From contig CAJWTO010000005.1 of assembly GCA_913047675.1 (NCBI GenBank), positions 1-52,955 of the forward strand: a DNA stretch of 52,955 bases, written 5' to 3'. The translations under genes were made by a program, and so were the position numbers. Below are positions 1 to 12,819 of the stretch, one piece after another. This DNA is from an uncultured Pseudomonadota bacterium. Lineage in GTDB: Bacteria > Pseudomonadota > Gammaproteobacteria > Ga0077536. The notes under the pieces were generated by a model. That model had not been told where the DNA came from and did no database searches. It worked only from the letters and a program-made list of their open reading frames with translations. Position 1 is the first letter of the stretch, and each line of letters starts with the position of its first letter.

Positions 1-375
1 GACTACATGATGATTGGTGATAATATAGCCATCTTTAGAAACTATAAAACCAGACCCTTGAGACGGTCTGGCAGGCCGCGGTTGTTTACCACGATCGTCA
101 TAGAAGTAACGGAAAAAATCAGAAAACGGACCATTCGGTCCTCCTGGGCCAAAAGGTGGACCGTTTCGTGGTCCAGATCTTGGAGAGCGCTCATTCTCAC
201 TAAAATCACGCACGGGCGCTTTAGCAGTAGCTTTAATATTTACGACCGCAGGACTATTTTCCTCCGCCATATCGGTAAAATCTGGCAAGCCTGTCATTGA
301 TTGTGCCAATGGTATTTGTGAAAAGCTCAGTAGCGCTAAGAGTAATATTCCAGAAACCCGTGTAATATTTAACAT
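1..375 (-). CDS. degP: DegP/MucD (HtrA-family) periplasmic serine protease, N-terminal part, truncated by window edge
   Basis: Not in the ORF track; translated by hand on the minus strand from ATG at 375 (GAAGG upstream): MLNITRVSGILLLALLSFSQIPLAQSMTGLPDFTDMAEENSPAVVNI...SQGSGFIVSKDGYIITNHHVV. Shows a signal peptide, the LPDF...SPAVVNI motif and the GSGF...GYIxTNxHV motif with the catalytic His. Could be the degQ/mucD paralog. Confidence 0.92.
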   Translation of the reverse strand, partial: MLNITRVSGILLLALLSFSQIPLAQSMTGLPDFTDMAEENSPAVVNIKATAKAPVRDFSENERSPRSGPRNGPPFGPGGPNGPFSDFFRYFYDDRGKQPRPARPSQGSGFIVSKDGYIITNHHVV

Positions 376-644
376 TACTATCCTTCAAAATTTATGTTGG
401 GAGAAGCATAAACTATTTTAACCTAAAAGCTAAATTACTCTTGAATTACATTAATTTAATAAATCGCGAACTAAAAATAGTTTTAATCCATGCTGCATAT
501 TTAAAACGTATAAGGCTTTCTTTAAGAATCTCGTTAGAATTATTCCACCATTACAAATCATTCCTTTATAATGTGAGCCACATACAGAGTTTCATATCCG
601 ATAGATAAAAATTTGTAAGGACGATTTAAAAAGCTATTTAGTTT

Positions 645-2231
645 ATGCAATCATACGATGTCATGATAATTGGAAGTGGGGCCGCAGGATTAAGTGTAGC
701 CCTAGCGCTTCCGAAACACTTAAATATCGCCTTAATAAGTAAAAGTGAAATAAACGAAGGTGCAACCTTCTACGCTCAAGGAGGTATATCTGCTGTCATG
801 GATCCTGCAGACACTAATGCTGCGCATATTGACGACACATTGAATGCCGGCTCAGGGTTATGTCATCCAGATGTCGTTGAGCACATCGTCAGTAGCGGAC
901 GGGATAGAATAGAATGGCTCATAGAGCAAGGCGTACCTTTTTCAACCAGAACATCTAAATCGGGGAATCGGGAATTTCATCTGACACAAGAAGGAGGTCA
1001 TTCGCACCGTCGCGTAGTACATACAGCAGATGCTACTGGAGCTGCTGTAGAAGACACACTCGTCTCTCGCATAAAGGACTATGATAACGTCTGCTTAATG
1101 GAGTCTCACGCAGCCATCGATTTAATTACAACTACAAGGCGAGACACGAAGCAGAAACGATGTTTGGGCGCTTATGTTTTAAACGAGGCCTCGGGCGATG
1201 TTCTTACAATAAACTCTCGTGTCGTGGTGCTAGCAACAGGAGGTGTTGGCAAAGTTTACCTTTATACAAGTAATCCCAACGTGGCCACGGGTGATGGAAT
1301 TGCCATGGCGTGGAGGGCAGGTTGTCGAGTCGCTAACATGGAGTTTGTCCAATTTCATCCAACGTGCTTGTACCATCACCGAGCTAAAACAATCCTTCTT
1401 ACTGAAGCTCTTAGGGGCGAAGGTGCGGAGCTTTTGCTTCCTGATGGAAAACGATTCATGCCCGCATTTGATGTGCGAGCAGAATTGGCCCCCAGAGACA
1501 TTGTGGCGCGTGCCATTGATCATGAAATGAAACGGCTAGGATTAAGTTGTGTCTACCTCGATATTTCTAAAAAGCCTAAATCGTTTTTGCTTGAGCATTT
1601 CCCCAATGCTTATCAAACATGCGCTGAGTATGGAATTGATATTACAAGTGAACCAATTCCAGTAGTGCCCGCTGCTCATTACCTATGCGGAGGGATTGTT
1701 ACTGATATTAAAGGGGAGACAAATCTGTCCCACTTATACGCAGTCGGAGAAACCGCTTGTACTGGCTTACATGGGGCAAATAGGATGGCCAGTAATTCAC
1801 TACTGGAATGTCTAGTTGTAGCTTCGACGGCCGTTGAGTCGATAACGCGTTTATTACGAAGTACAACAAATGAAAATATAGAAATGGCTCCTTGGGATGC
1901 TAGTCAAGTAATTGAGGGGAATGAGGATGTGATTATCTCACATAGCTGGGACGAAATTAGACGTGTGATGTGGGACTACGTAGGGATAGTTAGAACTAAT
2001 AAACGATTAGAACGTGCACAACTAAGGATCGATATTTTGAAAAGCGAAATAAATGAATTTTACGCCTCTTTCCGCGTCAGTAAAAACTTAATTGAACTCC
2101 GCAATTTAGTCCTTATAGCCGAGCTAATTATCCAGTCAGCGAAATTACGGCAAGAAAGTAGAGGGCTTCACTACACTCTCGATTATCCCGAAACTGATGA
2201 TATCAATTTTTTATCTGACACAATTCTATGA
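645..2231 (+). CDS. nadB: L-aspartate oxidase
   Basis: FAD motif IIGSGAAG; AQGGISAV, EGGHSHRRVVH, QFHPT, TEALRGEG, LAPRDIVARAI, HGANRMASNSLLE and ESRGLHY motifs. Confidence 0.97.
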   Translation: MQSYDVMIIGSGAAGLSVALALPKHLNIALISKSEINEGATFYAQGGISAVMDPADTNAAHIDDTLNAGSGLCHPDVVEHIVSSGRDRIEWLIEQGVPFSTRTSKSGNREFHLTQEGGHSHRRVVHTADATGAAVEDTLVSRIKDYDNVCLMESHAAIDLITTTRRDTKQKRCLGAYVLNEASGDVLTINSRVVVLATGGVGKVYLYTSNPNVATGDGIAMAWRAGCRVANMEFVQFHPTCLYHHRAKTILLTEALRGEGAELLLPDGKRFMPAFDVRAELAPRDIVARAIDHEMKRLGLSCVYLDISKKPKSFLLEHFPNAYQTCAEYGIDITSEPIPVVPAAHYLCGGIVTDIKGETNLSHLYAVGETACTGLHGANRMASNSLLECLVVASTAVESITRLLRSTTNENIEMAPWDASQVIEGNEDVIISHSWDEIRRVMWDYVGIVRTNKRLERAQLRIDILKSEINEFYASFRVSKNLIELRNLVLIAELIIQSAKLRQESRGLHYTLDYPETDDINFLSDTIL

Positions 2232-2989
2232 AGAACAAAAATATAAAAGACGCTGCGACTAGTATCACACTTGACGACGCAGTTATTTTAATAACTGGAG
2301 CGAGCAAAGGTATAGGCTATGCAGTTGCGTTAAAGTGTGCACAGGAAGGAGCTACCGTCATAGCGTGCGGGCGTGATGTTACTTCTCTCGAACTACTATC
2401 TGATGCGATAGTAAAAGAAGGTTGTAGTAGACCGTCGTTACTCCCGATTAACTTAGCGAATGCGAGCGTTGAAGACTACAAAAAAGTTGCAACTCACATA
2501 CGCGAACAATTCGGTAAGCTCGACGGTTTAATCCTTAATGCAGCGATGCTCGGCGAACTCACTCCTTTAGTCAATTATTCAAGCACTCTCTGGAAGGAAG
2601 TCTTCCAGGTAAACGTGCACGCCAACTTACTCATGCTAAAAGAGTTTCGTCAGTTATTGATCGAATCTGAACTAAAATCTGTCTTATTTACATTAGAGAG
2701 CGAACAATTATTAAAAGCTGCCCACTGGGGCGCTTACGGTTCTTCTAAAGCCGCGCTGCGCTCGGTGATGCGAATGTTTGCAGCTGAAAACTCCGCCATC
2801 GATCAGATAAATGTGATGGGAGTGATCCCTCCTCCGACTAAAACTAATATTAGAACTACTGCATATCCCGCAGAAGATCAATCCTCGCTAGCTAGTCCTA
2901 ATGAAATCGCAAAGGAATATGTCCAACTGTTGACATTGCAGGATAGTGCCCGTCACGGAAAGATTGTTGACATAGATAGTCGCAGCTGA
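2228..2989 (+). CDS. Short-chain dehydrogenase/reductase, YciK-like
   Basis: TGASKGIG Rossmann motif, YGSSK catalytic motif, LDGLILNA, and C-terminal TNIRTTAYPAED typical of YciK-like SDRs. ATGA overlap with nadB. Confidence 0.8.
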   Translation: MKNKNIKDAATSITLDDAVILITGASKGIGYAVALKCAQEGATVIACGRDVTSLELLSDAIVKEGCSRPSLLPINLANASVEDYKKVATHIREQFGKLDGLILNAAMLGELTPLVNYSSTLWKEVFQVNVHANLLMLKEFRQLLIESELKSVLFTLESEQLLKAAHWGAYGSSKAALRSVMRMFAAENSAIDQINVMGVIPPPTKTNIRTTAYPAEDQSSLASPNEIAKEYVQLLTLQDSARHGKIVDIDSRS

Positions 2990-3013
2990 GTCATCTAACG
3001 TCTTCGCAATTTC

Positions 3014-5759
<2,746 letters not shown>

Positions 5760-5779
5760 GGTAGCAATCTATCTAGTTG

Positions 5780-8700
5780 TTAGGCAGTTGCTGCCAGCTC
5801 AACTGCTTTGTCAATATTTACACTCACTAATCGTGATACCCCCGCCTCTTGCATGGTCACCCCAATTAGTTGTTCCGCAATTTCCATCGTTATCTTATTA
5901 TGGGTTACAAACAAAAACTGTACTGTTTCAGACATAGACTTAAGTAATTCGGTGAGTCTAACAACATTAGCATCATCTAAAGGCGCGTCGACCTCATCTA
6001 ATAGACAAAATGGAGCAGGATTGAGTTCAAAAATAGAGAATACAAAAGCGAGAGCGGTCAGTGCTTTTTCACCACCTGATAGCAGTTGGATTGAACTATT
6101 CCTTTTACCAGGTGGCCTAGCCATAACAGTTACCCCGGTATTTAAAAGGTCGTCTTCTGTCATCTCTAAATTTGCTTTACCGCCACCGAACAAGACAGGA
6201 AACATTTTTTGTAGTTTCTCATCGACACTATCGTACGTTTCTTTGAATCGAGCTTTAGTCTCTCCGTCTATCTTGCGGATCGCTCCTTTCAAAGTATTCA
6301 GAGCCTCCGTGAGATCTGCATCTTGACTATCTAAGTAAGCCTTTCGCTCAGAAAGCTCTTCAAACTCATCGATAGCTGCTAAATTTATAGGTTCAAGTTT
6401 GCTAATTCTAGCTCTAAGTATTTCTAAAGTCTCCGCAAGACCTAATTCTCCGGTCCTCTGCTGCAATGCTACCAGCGTCGGCTCAAAGGCTTCTTCAGTT
6501 TGGTCAAACCTAGTCATTAGCTCACTTAACTTCACCTCGAATGTCCGCTCTTCCAACCTAACATTTTCAAGCTCGGATTTCAGCTCGGACAGGGCGCTAT
6601 CTTTTTCCGCGTGCTCACTATTTAACAAACTCAATTCTTCATTGTAACCTTCGAGCAGTTTTCTAGCTTCCGCCAATCCATGTTCACTTTTCAGTTTCTC
6701 TTCTAACGCTGTTTCTAGACTAGCTTTCTCTAGCTGACGAGGCTCACTCAATAAATTCAACTCTTTGTTGAGTGATGCTAGTCTAGATTTAAGCCCATTT
6801 TGAACATCAAGACTCTGGTTCACGCCCTTAATTGATGCGGCACTTGCTTGCTTTAATGATTCATAGGTCAGTTCGACTGCGTGCGCTTCCTCTTTTGCTG
6901 TAGACCACGCCCTCCTCTCTGTATCCATCAGTTCCTGCGCTTTGTCCTTATGCTCAAGGTATGACGCGCGGGTAACTCCCAAACTAGTCATTTTTTTCTG
7001 CGACGATTCGTACTCACCAGTTAACTGCTCTAAAAGATTATTATCGCGCTCCAGCTCAGAGTCAATTCTAAACAACTCCTCACTTAAGCCTTGGATACGG
7101 ACCTTGCTCACTTCTATATCTGATTCGTATTGAATAAGCCGGTTACGTTCTATTTCTAGAGCACTGATTGATTTTTCGCTAGTTTCGATTAATTGCCCAA
7201 GGCTCTGGTCCTGCTCAGCAATAACACCTTGCAGATGTTCTACCTCTAATAGACTTTCCTTTATTTGCGACTCTGTGAGTGTTATATCTTTTTCGATCAA
7301 GTGAATTTCGCGTTCTAATTCAAGCACACCAATCGCTTCACCGCTTTCGTCCGGTAGTTGGGCCCAGCTTTTTGCGAAGATTGAACCTCGGGCTGTCACA
7401 ACTAGCTCGTGAGGTGATAGCTGTTCTCGCATATTGAGAGCTTCTTCATCAGACTCAGCCGTATAGACACCATCAAGAAATGGTTCCATATTAATTGGTC
7501 CGCTTACTTTATCTGAAAGCATCTCCTGCTTGTTAACCCGCAATACCGACTGATTTGTCCGAGTATCCAAAACCGTCACTTTGAAGTCTTCCATAGGCGC
7601 TAAATCTTCTTGGAAGAATTTATTCACCATTCCATCCCCACAGAATGCATTCAAAGGCACTCTCAATGTCGCTTCGACAGCCTGCTCCCACCCTTCGTCA
7701 ATATTAAGTAGATCAGCTAGCCTCCCCTGAGAACTGACTCCTTTTTGATCAAACCAAGCGGCAATCAGCTCTTGATCGTCACCCAATTCCTTCTCTATGA
7801 CGGCTTTTATAGAACTTAACTCGCCTTTCTGTTTCTCCATAAGCAATTCTTTTCTATGTAAGGTGCTAACAGAAACCTCTAACTTAGCGCGACTGTCTAC
7901 TAATGCTTTCGTCAAAACTTCTTTCTCAAATATCATTTTATCTGCCGTGTTAGAGAGGGCTTCAACACTTTTTTGCAATGCAAGCAATTCACTTTGGCTT
8001 TCCGCGACTGTCTCGTCATTCAGGCCTATTACTATCTCATTCTTGCGAGCAATTCTTACTGGGATACTTGCAGTAAGATGCTCTAGTCGAATTTTCAGGC
8101 TATTGTTTTCTTGGGAGACTTCGTTAGAACTTACATTAAATTCATCCCAATCCCTGCGCCATTTTTCTAGATCTAACTCAGCCTGCTTCAAAGAAAGATT
8201 CCTCTCTTCCACGTTAGCACTATTCATTTTCAAACGTGGCGTTATCAGCTCAAGCTCTGACGCCGTTTTATTTTGCACACGCTCAGCTTCGCTGATTGCA
8301 ACACCCACTTTGCTTAATTGTTCACTTATCTCAATAACTTCTTTATTGATACTGCCTTCGCGCTCTTCCGAATAAGCTAGGCTTTGTTCTATACGGGCGA
8401 TCTCACTACTTTTACTGTAAAAATCTGCCTGACGCTTATTAAAATCATCAGTGGCAGAAATATGCTTATCTCGGACTACTTCCTGTTTTACCTCTATGCT
8501 TGCTACTGTTGCTTTCGAGCGCTCTAAAAGAGTTTCCTTTCGCGCTTTATCCGAATTATTTGCTTCATTGCTAGCACTTATCTCTTGCCACTCCTCTGCT
8601 ATAGACATGGCACTTAATTTTCTTTCTTCGGTCTTCAAAGACTTATATTTTTCCGCCGCGCTTGCTTGGCGTTTTAGGTGTCTAAGCTGCTTATCTAATT

Positions 8701-9298
8701 CTTCTCTAATATCGCTAAGTCTTTCTATATTCTCTTCACTATGCTTGATACGATTTTCTGTCTCTCTTCTTCTCTCTTTATATTTTGAAATACCAGCTGC
8801 TTCCTCCAGAAACGACCGGAGTTCCTCAGGCTTCGCTTCGATTACACGAGAGATCATTCCTTGCTCGATAACCGAGTAACCCCGAGGTCCTATGCCTGTT
8901 CCCAAAAATACGTTCGTTATATCCTTTCGCCGACATCGAGTTCCGTTCAGGTAGTAATTTGAAACTGCGTCTCGCCCTAAAACTCGCTTAATTGATATTT
9001 CATTAAAAGAAGCATACTGACCTGCAATTGTATGATCAGAGTTATCAAATATTATCTCGACAGTAGCCTGCCCAACAGGCTTTCTGGTATTCGAGCCACT
9101 AAAGATAACGTCAGTCATCGAATCGCCCCGCAAATGCTTTGCAGAGCTCTCACCTAAAACCCAAATCATGGCGTCAATTACGTTCGATTTGCCGCATCCA
9201 TTCGGGCCGACAACACCCGTCAGATCTCCGGGCAAAGTCAGCGTTGTTGGGTCAACGAAAGACTTAAATCCAGACAACTTTATTTGATTGATGCGCAT
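5780..9298 (-). CDS. smc: Chromosome segregation protein SMC
   Basis: True start MRINQIKLSGFKSF at 9298; Walker A GPNGCGKSN, long coiled coils, hinge, LSGGEK signature and LLDEVDAPLD Walker B/D-loop. Confidence 0.97.
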   Translation of the reverse strand: MRINQIKLSGFKSFVDPTTLTLPGDLTGVVGPNGCGKSNVIDAMIWVLGESSAKHLRGDSMTDVIFSGSNTRKPVGQATVEIIFDNSDHTIAGQYASFNEISIKRVLGRDAVSNYYLNGTRCRRKDITNVFLGTGIGPRGYSVIEQGMISRVIEAKPEELRSFLEEAAGISKYKERRRETENRIKHSEENIERLSDIREELDKQLRHLKRQASAAEKYKSLKTEERKLSAMSIAEEWQEISASNEANNSDKARKETLLERSKATVASIEVKQEVVRDKHISATDDFNKRQADFYSKSSEIARIEQSLAYSEEREGSINKEVIEISEQLSKVGVAISEAERVQNKTASELELITPRLKMNSANVEERNLSLKQAELDLEKWRRDWDEFNVSSNEVSQENNSLKIRLEHLTASIPVRIARKNEIVIGLNDETVAESQSELLALQKSVEALSNTADKMIFEKEVLTKALVDSRAKLEVSVSTLHRKELLMEKQKGELSSIKAVIEKELGDDQELIAAWFDQKGVSSQGRLADLLNIDEGWEQAVEATLRVPLNAFCGDGMVNKFFQEDLAPMEDFKVTVLDTRTNQSVLRVNKQEMLSDKVSGPINMEPFLDGVYTAESDEEALNMREQLSPHELVVTARGSIFAKSWAQLPDESGEAIGVLELEREIHLIEKDITLTESQIKESLLEVEHLQGVIAEQDQSLGQLIETSEKSISALEIERNRLIQYESDIEVSKVRIQGLSEELFRIDSELERDNNLLEQLTGEYESSQKKMTSLGVTRASYLEHKDKAQELMDTERRAWSTAKEEAHAVELTYESLKQASAASIKGVNQSLDVQNGLKSRLASLNKELNLLSEPRQLEKASLETALEEKLKSEHGLAEARKLLEGYNEELSLLNSEHAEKDSALSELKSELENVRLEERTFEVKLSELMTRFDQTEEAFEPTLVALQQRTGELGLAETLEILRARISKLEPINLAAIDEFEELSERKAYLDSQDADLTEALNTLKGAIRKIDGETKARFKETYDSVDEKLQKMFPVLFGGGKANLEMTEDDLLNTGVTVMARPPGKRNSSIQLLSGGEKALTALAFVFSIFELNPAPFCLLDEVDAPLDDANVVRLTELLKSMSETVQFLFVTHNKITMEIAEQLIGVTMQEAGVSRLVSVNIDKAVELAATA

Positions 9299-9399
9299 GC
9301 CTTTAGCATACCCGATCGACTTAGATTCGGACAGCACAAATTGGGGCGAATAAGTCAAAACCTGTCTTAAAATAGCGTTGGCCCAGCACACGATAAAAA

Positions 9400-9408
9400 T
9401 GCTATACT
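9400..9408 (+). promoter_or_regulatory. Putative extended -10 sigma70 promoter element (TGCTATACT) for queF
   Basis: Matches TGnTATAAT with one mismatch, about 55 nt upstream of the queF ATG. Sequence match only. Confidence 0.35.
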
Positions 9409-9463
9409 GCTAGCTCTTTTTTTCACGATTCAAACTACTCTCGACTAGCATCATGACAATAAA

Positions 9464-9859
9464 ATGACAACAAAACCATCCAAAAATCTTGATATTTTCG
9501 AGAATCCAAATCCTGAGAAAGACTACTTAATCTGTATAGAGATTCCTGAATTCACTTGCCTATGCCCTAAGACAGGTCAGCCTGATTTTGCAAATATATC
9601 ATTAAATTATGTCCCTGACTCTAAGTGTATTGAACTCAAAGCGCTTAAACTATATATCTGGTCCTATAGGGATGTCGGCGCCTTCCATGAAGCGGTCACC
9701 AACAAAATTCTAGATGACATCGTGCATATATGTGAGCCCAGATATGCACTGGTGACCGCGCGCTTCAATGTGCGAGGAGGCACCTATCCTACTATCAAAG
9801 TACAACACCGTTTATCAAATTGGGAACCGATCGACCCTAGTATTATCCCACGTAACTAA
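9464..9859 (+). CDS. queF: NADPH-dependent 7-cyano-7-deazaguanine (preQ0) reductase, short type
   Basis: [27 protein letters not shown] and FNVRGG motifs. Confidence 0.95.
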   Translation: MTTKPSKNLDIFENPNPEKDYLICIEIPEFTCLCPKTGQPDFANISLNYVPDSKCIELKALKLYIWSYRDVGAFHEAVTNKILDDIVHICEPRYALVTARFNVRGGTYPTIKVQHRLSNWEPIDPSIIPRN

Positions 9860-10608
9860 TGCCAACCATGATTATGGATTTCTTCAAAGGGGTCGCTGCA
9901 CCATTTCAAGCCCTGCCGCTCCTTTTTAAACCTAGAATTAGAACCTATGCCTTTCTGCCGCTCTGCTTGACGATTTTTGTGCTTACAAGCGGCGCGTATC
10001 TTCTCAGCTCAACTATTGATGCGACTTTGTCCTCTATGGCGCCCAATTGGTTTGGCTGGATTAATTCAATAATTTCTTGGGCCCTTAGCGTACTGATCTC
10101 CATGTGGGTTTCATTGTTTTTACTAGGATTAATCAACATTCTGTCTTGCCCTTTTAATAGTCTCCTTTCTTCAAAGGTACTTATATATCTGTCGGGACCC
10201 TCTGAGCAAGTAAATAAGCAAACGTCCATCTTCGTTGAAATTCACGAGTCTTTCGGCGCTCTTACCGCAGAAGTTAAAAAAGTAGTTTATTATGTAAAAT
10301 TTGCCTTAATAATTCTTTTACTATCCATAATCCCTGGAGTGAATGTATTTGCTCCCCTTCTTTGGGTTATGTTTGGAGCGTGGATGCTAACAATCGAGTA
10401 CCTAGACTACCCGTACTCCAATGAGCAGATTATTTTCCCCGAGTCCTTAAAGACTATGGCCCGCCAAAAGGCTACATGCTTAGGTTTTGGTTTATCAATC
10501 ACCTTGATAGCACTAATCCCCATAGTAAACTGGCTTACTGTAGCGATTGGCGTGGTTGGAGCAACAGTTTTATACCGCAACAACTTTACTACAAATGAGC
10601 TCAGCTGA
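9859..10608 (+). CDS. cysZ: CysZ / EI24-domain membrane protein (putative sulfate transporter)
   Basis: Hydrophobic hairpins; PFNSLLS, LLSIIPGVN, EYLDYP and LIPIVNW motifs typical of CysZ. Confidence 0.8.
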   Translation: MPTMIMDFFKGVAAPFQALPLLFKPRIRTYAFLPLCLTIFVLTSGAYLLSSTIDATLSSMAPNWFGWINSIISWALSVLISMWVSLFLLGLINILSCPFNSLLSSKVLIYLSGPSEQVNKQTSIFVEIHESFGALTAEVKKVVYYVKFALIILLLSIIPGVNVFAPLLWVMFGAWMLTIEYLDYPYSNEQIIFPESLKTMARQKATCLGFGLSITLIALIPIVNWLTVAIGVVGATVLYRNNFTTNELS

Positions 10609-11446
10609 TTTAGTCGGCCGATTCGCACCCACGCCTTCTGGTGGATTACACTTGGGTTCAATATGCGCGGCATTGGCTAGCTACCTTAATATCAAAGCGC
10701 AAGGAGGACAGTGGCATCTAAGGATAGATGATATAGATAAGACACGCATCGTAGCAGGTGCCTCCACCATGATCATGAAGACTATAGAGGCGCTCGGTCT
10801 TGAGTGGTCTGGCGAAGTCGTTTATCAAAGTTCAAACACCGCTAGGTATGAAGAGATCATTAAAACCCTAGAAACCTCTGGAGCCCTCTACCCGTGTATT
10901 TGTACTCGTAAAATGATTGGTAAGGGACTTTATAAAGGCACTTGTCGAGAGCGAATTGTAAGCATAAGTAAGCCTCACTCGTTACGAGTAAGATTAGACG
11001 ATAGGTTGATTAAGTTTAAGGATTTAACTAAAGGTCTGATAGTGGGTCGAGCGGATCAACTATTTGGGGACTTCGTAGCCAGACGCATCGATGGCTATCA
11101 TAGCTACCATCTTGCAACGATAGTTGACGACTCCGATGCGGGCGTCACCGAAGTTATAAGAGGAGATGATCTGCTACAGTCGACCTTCCCGCAGCTATGG
11201 CTATATAAAAAACTTGGTATAAAAACACCCAATTATAGCCATATTCTTACTGTAAAAGACGCAAGTGGGGTTAAACTCAGCAAGCAGACCGGCGCCGAAG
11301 TAGTTACGCCGAACATGGCCACCTACGCTCTGTCTACTTCTCTGGAGCTTCTTGGTATTCCAGTCCCTAAATCAATAGAAGGCGATAAGCCTAATACTCT
11401 GTTGAAGTGGGGATTGAGTCGATGGAAGGTACACCAAGCACGATAA
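10595..11446 (+). CDS. gluQ: Glutamyl-queuosine tRNA(Asp) synthetase
   Basis: GRFAPTPSGGLHLGS, LRIDDID, CxC...YxGTC zinc site, YHLATIVDD, RGDDLL and KLSKQ motifs; no anticodon-binding domain (283 aa from ATG 10595). Confidence 0.92.
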   Translation: MSSADLVGRFAPTPSGGLHLGSICAALASYLNIKAQGGQWHLRIDDIDKTRIVAGASTMIMKTIEALGLEWSGEVVYQSSNTARYEEIIKTLETSGALYPCICTRKMIGKGLYKGTCRERIVSISKPHSLRVRLDDRLIKFKDLTKGLIVGRADQLFGDFVARRIDGYHSYHLATIVDDSDAGVTEVIRGDDLLQSTFPQLWLYKKLGIKTPNYSHILTVKDASGVKLSKQTGAEVVTPNMATYALSTSLELLGIPVPKSIEGDKPNTLLKWGLSRWKVHQAR

Positions 11447-11452
11447 ATCTTT

Positions 11453-12052
11453 CTATAGTAGGGCCGTGATCATATCACTCAATTCAGTGTAATTATTAGC
11501 AATGGGGTATACTGGATAATCTTCGGCTACTTTTTTTGCTGGTTTAAATAAGATGCCCTCTTCCGCCTGCTCTAGCATTGATATGTCATTATACGAATCG
11601 CCAGCAGCAATAACTTCGTAATTTAAATTCTGGAAGGCTTGGACTGAATGACGCTTAGGATCTTTTTGCCGTAAACAGTAGTCGTTTATCTTGTTATCAG
11701 GACCTACCTCTAAACGGTGACACAAGGTCATTGGATATCCGAGTGTTTCTAGCAATGGACCTGCTAACTCATAGAACGTATCTGATATGATCGCGACCTG
11801 ACAGTACTGCCTTAGCCAATTAAGAAATTCTACAGCACCATTCAACGGTTTGAGACTCTTGGCCGCAGTACTTAGTTCGTTGTAACCTAAGTCATGTTTT
11901 TGCATAACACCTAATCTATAACGCATTAATTCGTCATAATCAGATATGTCTCTAGTAGTAACTTTAAGTTCATCAATTTCTGTCTGATGAGCTAGATTTA
12001 CCCATATTTCAGGAACCAGAACTCCTTCAAAATCTAGGCACACGATCTTCAT
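11453..12052 (-). CDS. thrH: Bifunctional phosphoserine phosphatase / homoserine phosphotransferase (HAD family)
   Basis: CLDFEGVLVPEIW N-terminus, IISDTFYE and AAGDSYND motifs. Confidence 0.93.
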   Translation of the reverse strand: MKIVCLDFEGVLVPEIWVNLAHQTEIDELKVTTRDISDYDELMRYRLGVMQKHDLGYNELSTAAKSLKPLNGAVEFLNWLRQYCQVAIISDTFYELAGPLLETLGYPMTLCHRLEVGPDNKINDYCLRQKDPKRHSVQAFQNLNYEVIAAGDSYNDISMLEQAEEGILFKPAKKVAEDYPVYPIANNYTELSDMITALL

Positions 12053-12087
12053 AACTTATCCTTTTAGGAGCAATATTAATGCCATTT

Positions 12088-12630
12088 TCATGTTCTACGC
12101 CACAAAATTTCGCCTACGTCATCTAGTCGAGCTGTTGTCCGCGCTACCACGAACAAAAGATCCGATAGCCGGTTGATGAATTTGATAGACTCAGCATTCA
12201 CCGCCTCGGATGAGTGCAAGACGAGTATCGCTCGCTCCGCTCGCCTACAAACCGCTCTCGAAAAATGTGCTGCAGCCGCAGCCGCGCAGCCACCAGGCAA
12301 AACAAACTCTTTCAAAGGTGGTAAGTCAGTATTATACGCGTCAATCATCGCTTCAATTTTCTCGACAGCCTTTGACTTCACAAATGATGATCCTGGGATG
12401 GATAGTTCTCCACCTAAATCAAACAAATCATGTTGAATATCGATCAAGATAGTCTGCATAGATTCGGGAATATTTGCCGCAATCAGCAACCCAAGAGTGC
12501 AATTAAGTTCATCGATTTCACCAATCGCGCACAACCTAGGACTAACCTTCTCAGTACGAGAGCCGTCTCCTAAACCTGTAGTACCTGAATCGCCGGTCTT
12601 TGTATAAAGTTTCGATAGCCTATTGCCCAT
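12088..12630 (-). CDS. ATP:cob(I)alamin adenosyltransferase, PduO type
   Basis: LYTKTGDSGTTGL, GEIDELN, IQHDLFDLG, FVLPGG, RAVCRRAER and NRLSDLLF motifs. Confidence 0.95.
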   Translation of the reverse strand: MGNRLSKLYTKTGDSGTTGLGDGSRTEKVSPRLCAIGEIDELNCTLGLLIAANIPESMQTILIDIQHDLFDLGGELSIPGSSFVKSKAVEKIEAMIDAYNTDLPPLKEFVLPGGCAAAAAAHFSRAVCRRAERAILVLHSSEAVNAESIKFINRLSDLLFVVARTTARLDDVGEILWRRT

Positions 12631-12819
12631 TTATAGGACCTCTGTTTGCGCCAATCAACGCTTTCTAATTCACAAAAATAGTAGTAAAGTAATTTTTTAA
12701 TTGTAAACGGTTTGAAGCAACCAGTCACATCCATTGGGCTGAGAGTAAATAGTCTATAAAGCTTAATTCACAAATACCAAGCCCTAGGGAAGCACGCCAG
12801 CTCAGGGAATCCTAGTCCG

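Noticed and set aside
51-175. Small inverted repeats (CAGACC...GGTCTG, GGACC...GGTCC) near the window start
   Set aside because: They lie inside degP and follow from the Gly/Pro-rich linker codons (GPRNGPPFGPGGPNGPF); they are not REP or CRISPR repeats.
7-300. 97-aa plus-strand ORF in the track
   Set aside because: It is antisense to the clearly recognisable degP/mucD frame and has no motif or RBS.
5808-8879. Several long plus-strand ORFs inside smc, and similar antisense ORFs inside metH, icmF and other genes
   Set aside because: They are Ser/Leu-rich shadow frames of strongly coding genes, with no motifs or RBS.
12631-12819. Possible cobalamin or SAM riboswitch between pduO and lptF; direct repeat TAATTCACAAA at 12666 and 12764; CTAGG...CCTAG arms near 12784-12815
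   Set aside because: No B12-box or SAM consensus is recognisable on either strand, and the short AT-rich repeats are compatible with chance. An Infernal scan would be decisive.
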